A program made the translations under genes and the position numbers. Positions 36,461-45,716 of a stretch of DNA of 64,000 bases are shown here, piece after piece (positions within the stretch are counted from its first letter, which is position 1; the number at the start of each line of letters is the position of its first letter). The notes under the pieces were generated by a model. It was not told where the DNA came from, searched no databases, and worked only from the letters and a program-made list of their open reading frames with translations. This DNA is from Acutalibacteraceae bacterium. Its GTDB lineage: Bacteria; Bacillota; Clostridia; Oscillospirales; Acutalibacteraceae. The stretch lies in assembly GCA_045538645.1 (NCBI GenBank), contig JAZSRT010000023.1, positions 176-64,175 of the forward strand. Reading direction: 5' to 3'.

Positions 36461-37065
36461 TGTGGACATATGAGAAAAAACTTCAATACCCCGTAAAAAT
36501 TACAAGGTGTAACCCAAAGCTTGCGCAAATCATCATCAGTCAATACGGCGGACCGGATGGCGAATTGGCGGCTTCATTAAGATATTTATCTCAGAGATAT
36601 TCAATGCCGTATCCTGAACTTAAAGGATTACTCACTGACATAGGTACGGAAGAATTAGCACATTTTGAAATGATCGGTGCCATTGTTTATCAGCTTACCA
36701 AAAACCTTTCACGACAGGAAATAGAAGCATCAGGCTTCGATAAATATTTTGTTGACCACACGGCAGGTATTTATCCTGTAGCAGCTTCAGGTGCTCCTTT
36801 TACTGCTGCATACATTCAATCTAAGGGTGATGTAATCACTGATCTTCACGAAAACCTTGCCGCTGAACAGAAAGCAAGAACCACATATGATAATATTCTA
36901 CGCTTTGTAGATGACCCCGATGTGGCGGATCCCATAAAATTCCTTCGCGAAAGAGAAATAGTACACTTCCAGCGCTTCGGCGAAGGTCTAAGACTTGCTA
37001 CAGACAAACTTGACAGTAAAAACTTCTATCAGTGTAATCCCTCTTTTGACAAGAATTGTAAATAA
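36460..37065 (+). CDS. cotJC: manganese catalase family spore coat protein CotJC
   Basis: 201 aa with a ferritin-like di-metal site (EELAHFEM...EREIVHFQRF). TAATG overlap with cotJB. Confidence 0.88.
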   Translation: MWTYEKKLQYPVKITRCNPKLAQIIISQYGGPDGELAASLRYLSQRYSMPYPELKGLLTDIGTEELAHFEMIGAIVYQLTKNLSRQEIEASGFDKYFVDHTAGIYPVAASGAPFTAAYIQSKGDVITDLHENLAAEQKARTTYDNILRFVDDPDVADPIKFLREREIVHFQRFGEGLRLATDKLDSKNFYQCNPSFDKNCK

Positions 37066-37074
37066 TACAACAGG

Positions 37075-37106
37075 GCCTGTGAAAAAATCACAGGCTCACT
37101 TTTTAT
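37075..37106 (+). terminator. rho-independent terminator after cotJC
   Basis: GCCTGTGA AAAAA TCACAGGC followed by TCACTTTTT. Confidence 0.75.
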
Positions 37107-37207
37107 GCAACAGATTTACTACCTTATAAATATATATCAATCGGGACATTAATACTAACCTTTCTGTCTGATATTCTTATATACATTTAATTAACAACCG
37201 AAAAATG

Positions 37208-37236
37208 TTGACGAAACTCAGACAATATGCTATTCT
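37208..37236 (+). promoter_or_regulatory. candidate promoter for dockerin-MBL gene
   Basis: TTGACG (37208-37213), 17-nt spacer, TGC-TATTCT (37231-37236). Confidence 0.4.
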
Positions 37237-37349
37237 TCAAAATATACATATGATTTCAGGTGATTCGCAATATCATGTGCCACCATAATCATAAGCTTAC
37301 CATTTTGTCTTTTTTCCATAAGGCTGAATATTAAATAAAGGTGATTAGT

Positions 37350-38633
37350 ATGAAAAAACGAATAATATCAATTATATCTGTTATACTGATAATCTGTTCA
37401 CTTCTGACGCTAAGTGTGTCTGCATCATCGGTATTGATGGGAGATGTGAATTCAAGCGGCAAAATTGAAGCGGCAGATGCCCGACTTGTACTTCGTGCCT
37501 CTGTGGGACTTGAAACATTTACCGAAGAGATTTCATCACTCGCTGATATTGATAGCAGCAATAGTATCACAGCCGCAGATGCACGAATGATACTTCGTAT
37601 GTCGGTAGGTCTTGAAACACTTATTTATAAGGAAAGCAATCCCGAAGTTTCTTATTTTGAAGTTCATTTTATTGATGTGGGACAGGCTGACTGTTCACTT
37701 GTTTTGTGTGACGGAAAGAGCTTACTTATTGACGGCGGCAATGTGGCAGACAGCAGTCTTGTTGTTTCCTATTTACTTAAACAGGGGATCAGTTCACTTG
37801 ATTATGTAATCTGTACACATGCACACGAAGACCACGTAGGCGGACTTAACGGTCCGTTAAACAAGTTTACGGTAAATCATAATATTTTTGCTCCTGCCAC
37901 AGGTGCAACAACAAAGTGTTATAAAGATTTTCTTGATGCTGTAAATAAGCAGGGAAAAACTCTTACTGTTCCGACTGCAGAATATTCTTTTATGCTGGGT
38001 TCTGCACAGGTAAAGTTTTTAGGACCTGTAACCGAAAACTACTCTGATATAAACAACACATCAATTGTAACAAAAATCACTTACAAAAATACTTCTTTCC
38101 TTTTCACGGGAGATGCCGAGAGAGAAGCCGAAACAGATATTCTTGATGCAGGCTTTGATGTAAAAGCAGATGTGCTTAAGGTAGGACATCACGGAAGTGA
38201 GAATTCTACATCATACCGTTTTCTGCGTGAAGTGTTACCTTCGCTTGCAGTAATAAGTGTCGGAGCTAATAACGAGTACGGACATCCCACTGAAGAAGCT
38301 TTATCAAGACTCAGAGATGCTGAAGTAAGAGTATACAGAACAGATATGCAGGGAAATATTATTATTTCAAGCGACGGTGACAGCCTTTTTGTTAAAACAG
38401 AAAAAAATCAGGATATACAAACCAATCCCACTGTTCCGTCTGATCCGACAGTACCTTCTGAACCTTCCGTTCCTTCTGAGCCTATAAATTCTTATATCGG
38501 AAATATAAATTCAAAGATATTCCATCTGCCTACCTGTTCATCATTGCCAAAAGAATCAAACCGTGTATACTTTACTAACAGAAATGAAGCTGTTTCCGAC
38601 GGCTTTACAGCTTGTTCAAAGTGCAAGCCATAA
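37350..38633 (+). CDS. secreted dockerin-containing ComEC/Rec2-type metallo-beta-lactamase-fold hydrolase with C-terminal Ada-like zinc finger
   Basis: Signal peptide, then two dockerin EF-hand-like repeats (GDVNSSGKIEAADARLVLRASVGLE; DIDSSNSITAADARMILRMSVGLE). MBL motif THAHEDHVGG. PT-rich linker. C-terminal FHLPTCSS...FTACSKCKP. Confidence 0.85.
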   Translation: MKKRIISIISVILIICSLLTLSVSASSVLMGDVNSSGKIEAADARLVLRASVGLETFTEEISSLADIDSSNSITAADARMILRMSVGLETLIYKESNPEVSYFEVHFIDVGQADCSLVLCDGKSLLIDGGNVADSSLVVSYLLKQGISSLDYVICTHAHEDHVGGLNGPLNKFTVNHNIFAPATGATTKCYKDFLDAVNKQGKTLTVPTAEYSFMLGSAQVKFLGPVTENYSDINNTSIVTKITYKNTSFLFTGDAEREAETDILDAGFDVKADVLKVGHHGSENSTSYRFLREVLPSLAVISVGANNEYGHPTEEALSRLRDAEVRVYRTDMQGNIIISSDGDSLFVKTEKNQDIQTNPTVPSDPTVPSEPSVPSEPINSYIGNINSKIFHLPTCSSLPKESNRVYFTNRNEAVSDGFTACSKCKP

Positions 38634-38655
38634 TAATAACATTTCAACAAAAAAA

Positions 38656-38700
38656 CAGTCTGTAGTTCACTACAATGTGAATACTACAGACTGCTTTTTT
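38656..38700 (+). terminator. rho-independent terminator after dockerin-MBL gene
   Basis: CAGTCTGTAG...CTACAGACTG, a perfect 10-bp stem followed by CTTTTTT. Confidence 0.75.
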
Positions 38701-38701
38701 A

Positions 38702-38824
38702 CTTTATAGGAAATTCCTTCCTATAAAGCAAAAAGATTATATGTCCCAGTGAACGCTCAGCTGAGCTTCGCTCGGAGATGGACTAGTCGAAAACGTTTTG
38801 CCGTAGGCGTACGGCGAAGCCGTA
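38702..38824. other. unassigned structured element: AT hairpin plus GC-rich palindrome cluster
   Basis: Hairpin CTTTATAGGA/TCCTATAAAG (38702-38728). Palindromes GCTCAGCTGAGC (38755-38766) and AAAACGTTTT (38790-38799). GCCGTA-GGCG-TACGGC-GAA-GCCGTA alternative-pairing triplet (38800-38824). Confidence 0.4.
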
Positions 38825-38840
38825 TTCTTGTATTGAATAC

Positions 38841-40250
38841 TTATTTTCTCCTTTTCGGAATAAAGAAGCTCACTGTCTGAAACAGTCGCACAGGCAAAGA
38901 CGGATTCCATTCTTTTTCGCGGGCAATATTACTCCCCTGCTTGCGCAAAAAATCCGAAATCAGCACACAAGCATCATAAAACTCTTTATAATTTTTATTC
39001 TCTTTTTTTGTCCATCCTGTTTCGGCTACGGCAAACCAACGCGGGAAGCACATATATTCAAGACGCGCAATGTTATTGATGTGTTCTGTCCAGATGGGAG
39101 ATTCCACACCGACAATACTGTTTTTTCCGATATTATCAAGAGAACTGAAATTTTCAGGTTCAAAACTATAAGTAAGTTTAAGAGGGTGCATACCATAGGG
39201 ATAATCCACATAATATCCGGCAAATGGGGACATAATGATTTTTTGACCTCGGTTGGCAGCTTCAGCTGTTTTTTCAGCCCGTCCCTGCCAATGCTGAACG
39301 GTTATATTGTTGTCTAATCCATTTCCTTTCAGGCAATCATTCCACACAATACACTTTTTGCCCTTATTTTTAAGGTAATCGGAGATTTTATTTATAAACC
39401 AGCACTGCAATTCATTTTCGTTCTCAAAGCCGTTTTTGACTATAATTTCACGGCATTTCGGACAAGTCCTCCAATTCGCTTTCGGAACCTCATCTCCGCC
39501 GATATGAACTGTATCATACGGAAACAGCTCGGTTATTTCATCAAGTATCTTTTCTATACAAGTGTGTGCCTCATAATTTCCCACGCATATTATATCCTTA
39601 AAAATCCCTTGCTTTGTTTTAACTTCAACGGGATTGCCCGAACAGGTATACTGCGGAAAAACATGAAGAAGGGCACTCTGATGCCCCGGCATATCAAATT
39701 CAGGGATAACATCAATAAATCTGTCGGCGCAGTAAGCAATTATTTCTCTTATCTCATCTTTTGTGTAAAATCCTGAATATTCTTTATCACTTTTGCAGTT
39801 TATAAAATTGTCACACTTTCTTACACTTCCCTTTTGGGTAAGCTCAGGAAAGCTCTCAAGTTCGATTCTGAATCCCTGATCATCCGATAAATGCCAGTGA
39901 AGCTTATTGAACTTAAATAAAGCGGCAGTATCAATCATTCTTTTCAGTTCATCGATACTGAACATATGCCTTGCACAATCGATCATAAAACCGCGATAAT
40001 TATACCGTGGTTTATCCTTTATTCGCATACAGGGTATCTGATTATATAGAAGACATATCTGACGAAAAGTAGTTTGTGCATAAAACAAGCCCTTACCGTC
40101 ACAGGCTTTTGCCGTTATTTTATCTGATTCCACAATAAGTTCATATTCTTCTGAAGAAAACTCCGTTGTCTTTTCAAAAACATTAATTTCTCTGCAATCA
40201 CTGACAGAACTGAAAACCTCTATACTTTCAGGCTGCGGAATAAGGCGCAT
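38841..40250 (-). CDS. glycoside hydrolase family 20 beta-N-acetylhexosaminidase
   Basis: 469 aa with RGFMIDCARH, LHWHLSDDQGFR and HIGGDE catalytic-region motifs. Confidence 0.88.
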   Translation of the reverse strand: MRLIPQPESIEVFSSVSDCREINVFEKTTEFSSEEYELIVESDKITAKACDGKGLFYAQTTFRQICLLYNQIPCMRIKDKPRYNYRGFMIDCARHMFSIDELKRMIDTAALFKFNKLHWHLSDDQGFRIELESFPELTQKGSVRKCDNFINCKSDKEYSGFYTKDEIREIIAYCADRFIDVIPEFDMPGHQSALLHVFPQYTCSGNPVEVKTKQGIFKDIICVGNYEAHTCIEKILDEITELFPYDTVHIGGDEVPKANWRTCPKCREIIVKNGFENENELQCWFINKISDYLKNKGKKCIVWNDCLKGNGLDNNITVQHWQGRAEKTAEAANRGQKIIMSPFAGYYVDYPYGMHPLKLTYSFEPENFSSLDNIGKNSIVGVESPIWTEHINNIARLEYMCFPRWFAVAETGWTKKENKNYKEFYDACVLISDFLRKQGSNIAREKEWNPSLPVRLFQTVSFFIPKRRK

Positions 40251-40262
40251 AAAATCAACTCC

Positions 40263-41330
40263 TTAAATCACCATTTCATATTCACCCATATTGCCGTTTT
40301 CAAAATAACGCTTAAGGTCATAGGGGGCATAAATACCTGTATCGGTAACAACACCACTGACAAGTTCGGGCGGAGTAATATCAAAAGCGGGATAATATCC
40401 CTTAACACCGTCGGCAGCAGTCTTTACCCCCATAGCCTGTAATGTAAAATCGGAATCACGCATTTCAATTTTTACTGTATCTATTGTGGGATGCACGTGG
40501 TCGGGAGCACCTGTAACAAAATAAGGTATTTTATTATATTTTGCAGCAATAGCAATCTGAAATGTTCCTACTTTATTTACCACATATCCGTCCATACAAA
40601 TTGCATCTGCAGCTGAAGTAAACACATCTATCCCCTCGTTATTCATAACAAACGCAGGCATATTATCAGTTATTACCGTCACATCCATTCCCATATCATT
40701 ACAAACGGTGGCAGTAAGACGTGCACCTTGAAAATACGGTCTTGTTTCGGGGCAGAATATACGAACATCTTTTTTGCCCTGTTCCTTCAACACACGGCAC
40801 ATCTGACCTACAATTGTTTCACCGAAACACTGAGTCATAACAGCACCGTGAGCAGGTATCATATCAACAAGGTATTTCGCCATTTTATATACTTTGTTAT
40901 ATCGCATGTTATTAATATTTACGGTATATTCTACAATTGCGTCCGAAACATTTTTACCCTGTTCTAATGCTTTTTTTGCAGCATCAAAGCAACCGCCCGT
41001 AATAAGGCTCATTCTGTTTGCTGTTGTGGGTCTTGCGTGTGCAATCGTATATGCTGCATCCTTAAGATACTGAAGCTGTGCAGCTTCATTTTTATCTCTG
41101 CATTCATAAGCGGCAAGTGCCATACCTGCAGCGGCAGCCGTATAAGGTCCCGCACTCTGGGTGACCATATCTTTTAAAGCTTTTGTAACTTCTGTGTGAC
41201 TTTTACAGGTTACAAATTTAATTTCACGCGGATATATTCTACGGTCAAGTATTTTTACTGCACCGTCTTCATACCAGGCAATATTTTCATACTGAAGCAT
41301 AAAAGCAAGCTCTTTATCGGCTCTTTCCAT
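40263..41330 (-). CDS. eIF-2B alpha/beta/delta-like sugar-1-phosphate isomerase (MtnA / 5-deoxyribose-1-phosphate isomerase family)
   Basis: 355 aa. Family-level resemblance (VKILDRRIYP..., C-terminal YYPAFDITPPELV). Specific substrate not resolvable. Confidence 0.65.
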   Translation of the reverse strand: MERADKELAFMLQYENIAWYEDGAVKILDRRIYPREIKFVTCKSHTEVTKALKDMVTQSAGPYTAAAAGMALAAYECRDKNEAAQLQYLKDAAYTIAHARPTTANRMSLITGGCFDAAKKALEQGKNVSDAIVEYTVNINNMRYNKVYKMAKYLVDMIPAHGAVMTQCFGETIVGQMCRVLKEQGKKDVRIFCPETRPYFQGARLTATVCNDMGMDVTVITDNMPAFVMNNEGIDVFTSAADAICMDGYVVNKVGTFQIAIAAKYNKIPYFVTGAPDHVHPTIDTVKIEMRDSDFTLQAMGVKTAADGVKGYYPAFDITPPELVSGVVTDTGIYAPYDLKRYFENGNMGEYEMVI

Positions 41331-41344
41331 TTCGGTTCTCCTTA

Positions 41345-42640
41345 TTAATATAACTTTTTAACTGCAGCGTTAACTTCATAGTATACCTTTTCTTTATCAA
41401 TGGTGAGATACTCACCGTTTTCGTATACTATTTTTCCGTCGCACATTGTCATTGACACATCGCTTCTTCCTGCTGAATACACAACAAGCGCAACAGGGTC
41501 AAGACAAGGAACCATATTCGGAGAATCAAGGGATAATGCAACAATATCAGCCTTAAAGCCCGGTAAAAGATTTCCGCAGTTAATACGCCCCTGCAGTAAA
41601 GCACCGTTGAGTGTGGCAAGTCTGATTATTTTATCGGCACTCATAACAGTGGCATCCTTAAGGTAACCGTTATGAATAACAGAAGCAAGATGCATTTCTT
41701 CAAACATATCAAGATTATTATTGCTTGCAGTGCCGTCTGTACCAAGGGTAACATTGATACCCTTCTGAATAAATTTTTCAACGGGAGCAAAGCCTGACCC
41801 CAGTTTCATATTACTTGTGGGATTATGAACAATGCTTACATTCTTTTCTTTAAGAATATCCGTATCATCATCTGTCAGCGCAACACAGTGAGCAGCAAAA
41901 GCCCGTGAATCAAAAGCACCCATATCAGCAAACCATTTTGCGGGAGTTTTGCCGTATTTTTCAATGCAGGAATTGTGTTCTTTATCTGTTTCGGAAAGAT
42001 GAATATGCATATTGCCGTTTCTGGTATTACACAGCTCACTGTAATAACGTGTTGTTTTTTCATCACAGGTATATTCGGCGTGAATACAAAAATCAACAAG
42101 AACTCTTTCTGAAAAAGATTTGTGATAATTATCAAAAAGTTCAAGTGATTGTCTGATACGATATGAATCCGCAGGGTTTTCTGTTGGGTCAAAGCACTGT
42201 ACAGGGCGGGAAATATTAGCTTTTATACCCGCCTTTCCTACTGCCTCGCAGGTTCTTTCGGGTTCAAAATACATATCGGAAAAGCTCACGGTGCCGGATG
42301 AAACCATTTCCATTAAAGCCAGATAACTTGCCGCTTCAATATCATCGGCGGTGAGCTTATCTTCTATGGGAAATACCTTTTCAAACAACCATCTGTCAAG
42401 AGGAAGATCGCTGCCTACACCTCTTAACAAAGTCATGGGTGAATGTGTATGGCAATTATAAAGTCCCGGCATAAGTATACTGCCATGCATATCTTTTATA
42501 ACATCAAATTCATCCTGAGGCTTAGAAGTACCGACATAGCTTATATACTCGCCGTCTACAGATAAATAACAGTTATTTATCACATTTATTTTATTGTCAG
42601 TAAAATTAATTACTGTTGCATTCTTAAAAAGAGTTTTCAT
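41345..42640 (-). CDS. amidohydrolase, MTA/SAH (or 5'-deoxyadenosine) deaminase family
   Basis: 431 aa with the metal motif LMPGLYNCHTHSPMTLLRG, plus HLSE and GTDG motifs typical of MtaD/DadD-type deaminases. Confidence 0.75.
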   Translation of the reverse strand: MKTLFKNATVINFTDNKINVINNCYLSVDGEYISYVGTSKPQDEFDVIKDMHGSILMPGLYNCHTHSPMTLLRGVGSDLPLDRWLFEKVFPIEDKLTADDIEAASYLALMEMVSSGTVSFSDMYFEPERTCEAVGKAGIKANISRPVQCFDPTENPADSYRIRQSLELFDNYHKSFSERVLVDFCIHAEYTCDEKTTRYYSELCNTRNGNMHIHLSETDKEHNSCIEKYGKTPAKWFADMGAFDSRAFAAHCVALTDDDTDILKEKNVSIVHNPTSNMKLGSGFAPVEKFIQKGINVTLGTDGTASNNNLDMFEEMHLASVIHNGYLKDATVMSADKIIRLATLNGALLQGRINCGNLLPGFKADIVALSLDSPNMVPCLDPVALVVYSAGRSDVSMTMCDGKIVYENGEYLTIDKEKVYYEVNAAVKKLY

Positions 42641-42642
42641 AA

Positions 42643-43467
42643 TTATAACCTGCTTATTATTTTTTCAACATAATCACCGAAGGGTTTACTGATTCTTGCG
42701 GCTGTTTCACCGACTTCTTCATCAGTAAGCTTTCTGTCAAGAACACCTGCAGCCATATTTGTCATAACGGAAAGTCCGAGAAGGGGCATTGAACAGTGTG
42801 CGGCTGTGAGAGCTTCTGTTACAGTGGACATTCCCACTGCATCGGCTCCGAGAATACGAGCGGCTCTGATTTCTGCGGGAGTTTCAAACTGAGGCCCTGT
42901 AAAATACATATATACACCTTCACGGAATGTAAGCGGACTGTTTTGCGCACATTCAAGAGCAATTTTTCTTAAAGATGCGGTATACATATCCGTTGTATCG
43001 AAAAATCTGGGGCCGAATTCGGGTATATTATCTCCCTGCAAAGGACTTGCGCCGGTAAGCTTAAGATGATCTTTTATTATCATTATATCACCGACATTAT
43101 AATCTGTATTCACGGCACCTGCGGCATTGGTAACAATTGCTGTCTTAACACCTAACAGCTTAAAAAGTCTTATAGGCAAGGTGAGAATTTCAAAAGGATA
43201 TCCTTCATAATGATGAAATCTGCCCGACATACATATTACTTTTTTTCCTGATATTTCACCGTAAATAAGTCTTCCTTCATGAGACTCAACAGTTGAAACA
43301 AGAAAATTCGGTATATCCTTATAATCTATCACGACAGTATTTTTTATACGTGCAGCAAAATCCTTTAAGCCTGAACCGAGAATTATTCCTATCTCTGGTT
43401 CTTCTTTGAGAATACCCTTCACATAATCTGCACTTGATTTATAAAATTCAAAATCCATTTTTTGCAT
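42643..43467 (-). CDS. trimeric-family purine nucleoside phosphorylase (PunA/MTAP-like)
   Basis: 274 aa with ILGSGL, SGRFHHYEG, VTNAAGA and GMSTV motifs. Confidence 0.85.
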   Translation of the reverse strand: MQKMDFEFYKSSADYVKGILKEEPEIGIILGSGLKDFAARIKNTVVIDYKDIPNFLVSTVESHEGRLIYGEISGKKVICMSGRFHHYEGYPFEILTLPIRLFKLLGVKTAIVTNAAGAVNTDYNVGDIMIIKDHLKLTGASPLQGDNIPEFGPRFFDTTDMYTASLRKIALECAQNSPLTFREGVYMYFTGPQFETPAEIRAARILGADAVGMSTVTEALTAAHCSMPLLGLSVMTNMAAGVLDRKLTDEEVGETAARISKPFGDYVEKIISRL

Positions 43468-43515
43468 AAAAACACCTCTTTTTTTATAGTAACATAATAC
43501 AAATAAATTAGCAAT

Positions 43516-43548
43516 ACAAAAACAGACCGTAACTGAAGTACGGTCTGC
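43516..43548 (-). terminator. rho-independent terminator after glnN
   Basis: CAGACCGTA / TACGGTCTG 9-bp stem, followed by TTTTT on the minus strand. Confidence 0.8.
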
Positions 43549-43554
43549 AAAAAA

Positions 43555-45648
43555 TTATTTTACACTGAAAAGTATATCGCCGTATGAGGGATAAGGCCAG
43601 AAATCAGAATCGGTTTTTGTTTCGAGTTCATCAACAAGAATTCTCAGTTCTGTCATACAGGAAAGAATTTTATCTTTGCTGAATAAAGCAAGCTGCGTAT
43701 TGTCTGAACATTCGAGTGCTTCTATCATAAAGCCTTCAAGCTCTTTTTTCTTTGAGAATACTGCACTGCTTAATGCAGAAAGCTCTTTTACTATTTCGGT
43801 TTCATAATCACACATAATATCCGCACAAAGGCTTTTTTTGGAAAGTGCTGTTTCTGCAAGCTCATGAGTATAACTGCTTACTGCAGGAAGAATATCTTTA
43901 TTAACCATATCAAGCATTGTAAGTGCTTCGATATTTATAATCTTACAATAGTTTTCCGATAGAATTTCGTATCTTGCATTAAGTTCTTCAACAGAATAAA
44001 CCTTATGGGTTGTGAAAAGTTCAATATTCTTTTCTTTAATGAGGCTGGGCAGTGCATCGGGAGTTGTCTTCATATTAAGAAGACCTCTCTTTTCTGCTTC
44101 AAAAATCCAGGCGTCATCATAGCCGTTACCGTTGAAAATAATTTTCTTATGCTCTGATATTGTGGCTTTAATAAGATCATGAAGAGCAGTATCAAAATCA
44201 TCTGCAGCTTCAAGAACATCCGCAAAAACTCTGAGAGCTTCTGCAACGGCAGTATTTAATACAACATTTGCATTTGAAATTGTATTTGAAGAACCAAGCA
44301 TTCTGAATTCAAACTTATTGCCGGTAAAAGCAAACGGAGATGTTCTGTTTCTGTCTGTGGTATCCTTCGGGAACTTAGGAAGAGTGTGAACACCGATACG
44401 GAGTAATTCTTTTTCTTTTGTGCCGTATGGCTTGTCGGCTTCTATTGATTCAAGAATCTCTGTAAGCTCATCACCAAGGAACATCGAAACCACGGCAGGC
44501 GGAGCTTCAAGTGCACCGAGACGATGGTCATTTCCTGCAGCGGCAACGGACACTCTTAAAAGGTCCTGATAATCATCTACAGCTTTTATTACTGCACAAA
44601 GGAAAAGTAAAAATTGCGCATTTTCTGCAGGGGTATCACCGGGATTAAGAAGGTTTATTCCTGTATCGGTAGAAATTGACCAATTGTTATGTTTACCGCT
44701 TCCGTTAACGCCTGCAAAAGGTTTTTCGTGAAGCAGACATACCATATTGTGTCTTCTTGCTATCTTCTGCATAAGCTCCATTGTAAGCTGATTCTGATCG
44801 GCTGCAATGTTTGTTGATGTATATACTGGGGCAAGCTCATGCTGCGCAGGAGCTGCTTCATTATGCTCTGTTTTTGCAAAAATTCCCAGCTTCCAGAGTT
44901 CTTCGTCAAGCTCTGTCATAAAAGCCTTGACTCTTGGTTTTATAGCCCCGAAATAATGGTCATCAAGCTCCTGACCTTTGGGCGGTTTTGCGCCGAAAAG
45001 TGTTCTGCCTGTATATATAAGATCTTTTCTTTTTTCAAATACTTCTTTGTCTACAAGGAAATATTCCTGTTCTGCGCCTACGGTTGTGAGCACCCTTGTT
45101 ACATCAGCGTGACCGAAAAGTTTTACAACACGCATTGCCTGTCTGTTGATGGCTTCCATTGAACGAAGAAGAGGGGTTTTTGCATCAAGTGCGTGTCCGC
45201 CATATGAACAGAAAGCAGTCGGAATGCAAAGCACACCGTCTTTTATAAAAGCATAAGATGTTGCATCCCATGCAGTGTAGCCTCTTGCTTCAAAAGTAGC
45301 TCTGAGACCGCCTGAAGGGAATGAAGATGCATCGGGCTCCCCTTGTATAAGCTCTTTACCCGAAAACTCCATAATTACCTTATTACCGTCAACGGGAGAA
45401 ATAAAACTGTCGTGTTTTTCAGCGGTAATACCTGTCATCGGCTGAAACCAGTGAGTATAATGAGTAGCTCCCTTTTCTATTGCCCAATCTTTCATTGCAT
45501 TTGCCACAACATTGGCAAGACCGAGTTCAAGATGCTTACCGAGCTTTATGGTTCTTTGCAGAAGTTTATATGTTTCATGAGGAAGCTTTTCCTTCATAAC
45601 AGTATCATTAAAAACACAGGAACCGAAATATTCGCTGACTTTTGCCAT
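43555..45648 (-). CDS. glnN: type III glutamine synthetase
   Basis: 697 aa, the length and sequence characteristic of GSIII (N-terminal FGSCVFND..., [10 protein letters not shown] motif). Confidence 0.9.
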   Translation of the reverse strand: MAKVSEYFGSCVFNDTVMKEKLPHETYKLLQRTIKLGKHLELGLANVVANAMKDWAIEKGATHYTHWFQPMTGITAEKHDSFISPVDGNKVIMEFSGKELIQGEPDASSFPSGGLRATFEARGYTAWDATSYAFIKDGVLCIPTAFCSYGGHALDAKTPLLRSMEAINRQAMRVVKLFGHADVTRVLTTVGAEQEYFLVDKEVFEKRKDLIYTGRTLFGAKPPKGQELDDHYFGAIKPRVKAFMTELDEELWKLGIFAKTEHNEAAPAQHELAPVYTSTNIAADQNQLTMELMQKIARRHNMVCLLHEKPFAGVNGSGKHNNWSISTDTGINLLNPGDTPAENAQFLLFLCAVIKAVDDYQDLLRVSVAAAGNDHRLGALEAPPAVVSMFLGDELTEILESIEADKPYGTKEKELLRIGVHTLPKFPKDTTDRNRTSPFAFTGNKFEFRMLGSSNTISNANVVLNTAVAEALRVFADVLEAADDFDTALHDLIKATISEHKKIIFNGNGYDDAWIFEAEKRGLLNMKTTPDALPSLIKEKNIELFTTHKVYSVEELNARYEILSENYCKIINIEALTMLDMVNKDILPAVSSYTHELAETALSKKSLCADIMCDYETEIVKELSALSSAVFSKKKELEGFMIEALECSDNTQLALFSKDKILSCMTELRILVDELETKTDSDFWPYPSYGDILFSVK

Positions 45649-45666
45649 AAAATATTACCTCTTTCT

Positions 45667-45701
45667 GAAAAAATAAGGGACTGCAGATTTTCTGCAGCCC
45701 C
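45667..45701 (-). terminator. intrinsic terminator-like hairpin in the glnN leader (also possible hpf terminator)
   Basis: Minus strand: GGGGCTGCAG AAAAT CTGCAGTCCC (10 bp, one G-U) followed by TTATTTTTT. It ends 18 nt before the glnN ATG. Confidence 0.65.
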
Positions 45702-45716
45702 ATTGCTGATGTGGGT

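Noticed and set aside
38410-38485. Short tandem nucleotide repeats (ACTGTTCCGTCTGATCCGACAGTACCTTCTGAACCTTCCGTTCCTTCTGAGCCT).
   Set aside because: They encode the in-frame PTVPSDPTVPSEPSVPSEP linker of the dockerin-MBL protein. This is a Pro/Thr/Ser inter-domain linker, not a CRISPR array or non-coding VNTR.
38744-38843. Possible small ORF or C-terminal read-through peptide across the GC-rich island.
   Set aside because: The open frames I translated by hand (for example ...TASPYAYGKTFSTSPSPSEAQLSVHWDI on the minus strand) have no start codon or SD. The in-frame continuation past the GH20 stop is short and arginine-rich with no recognisable domain.
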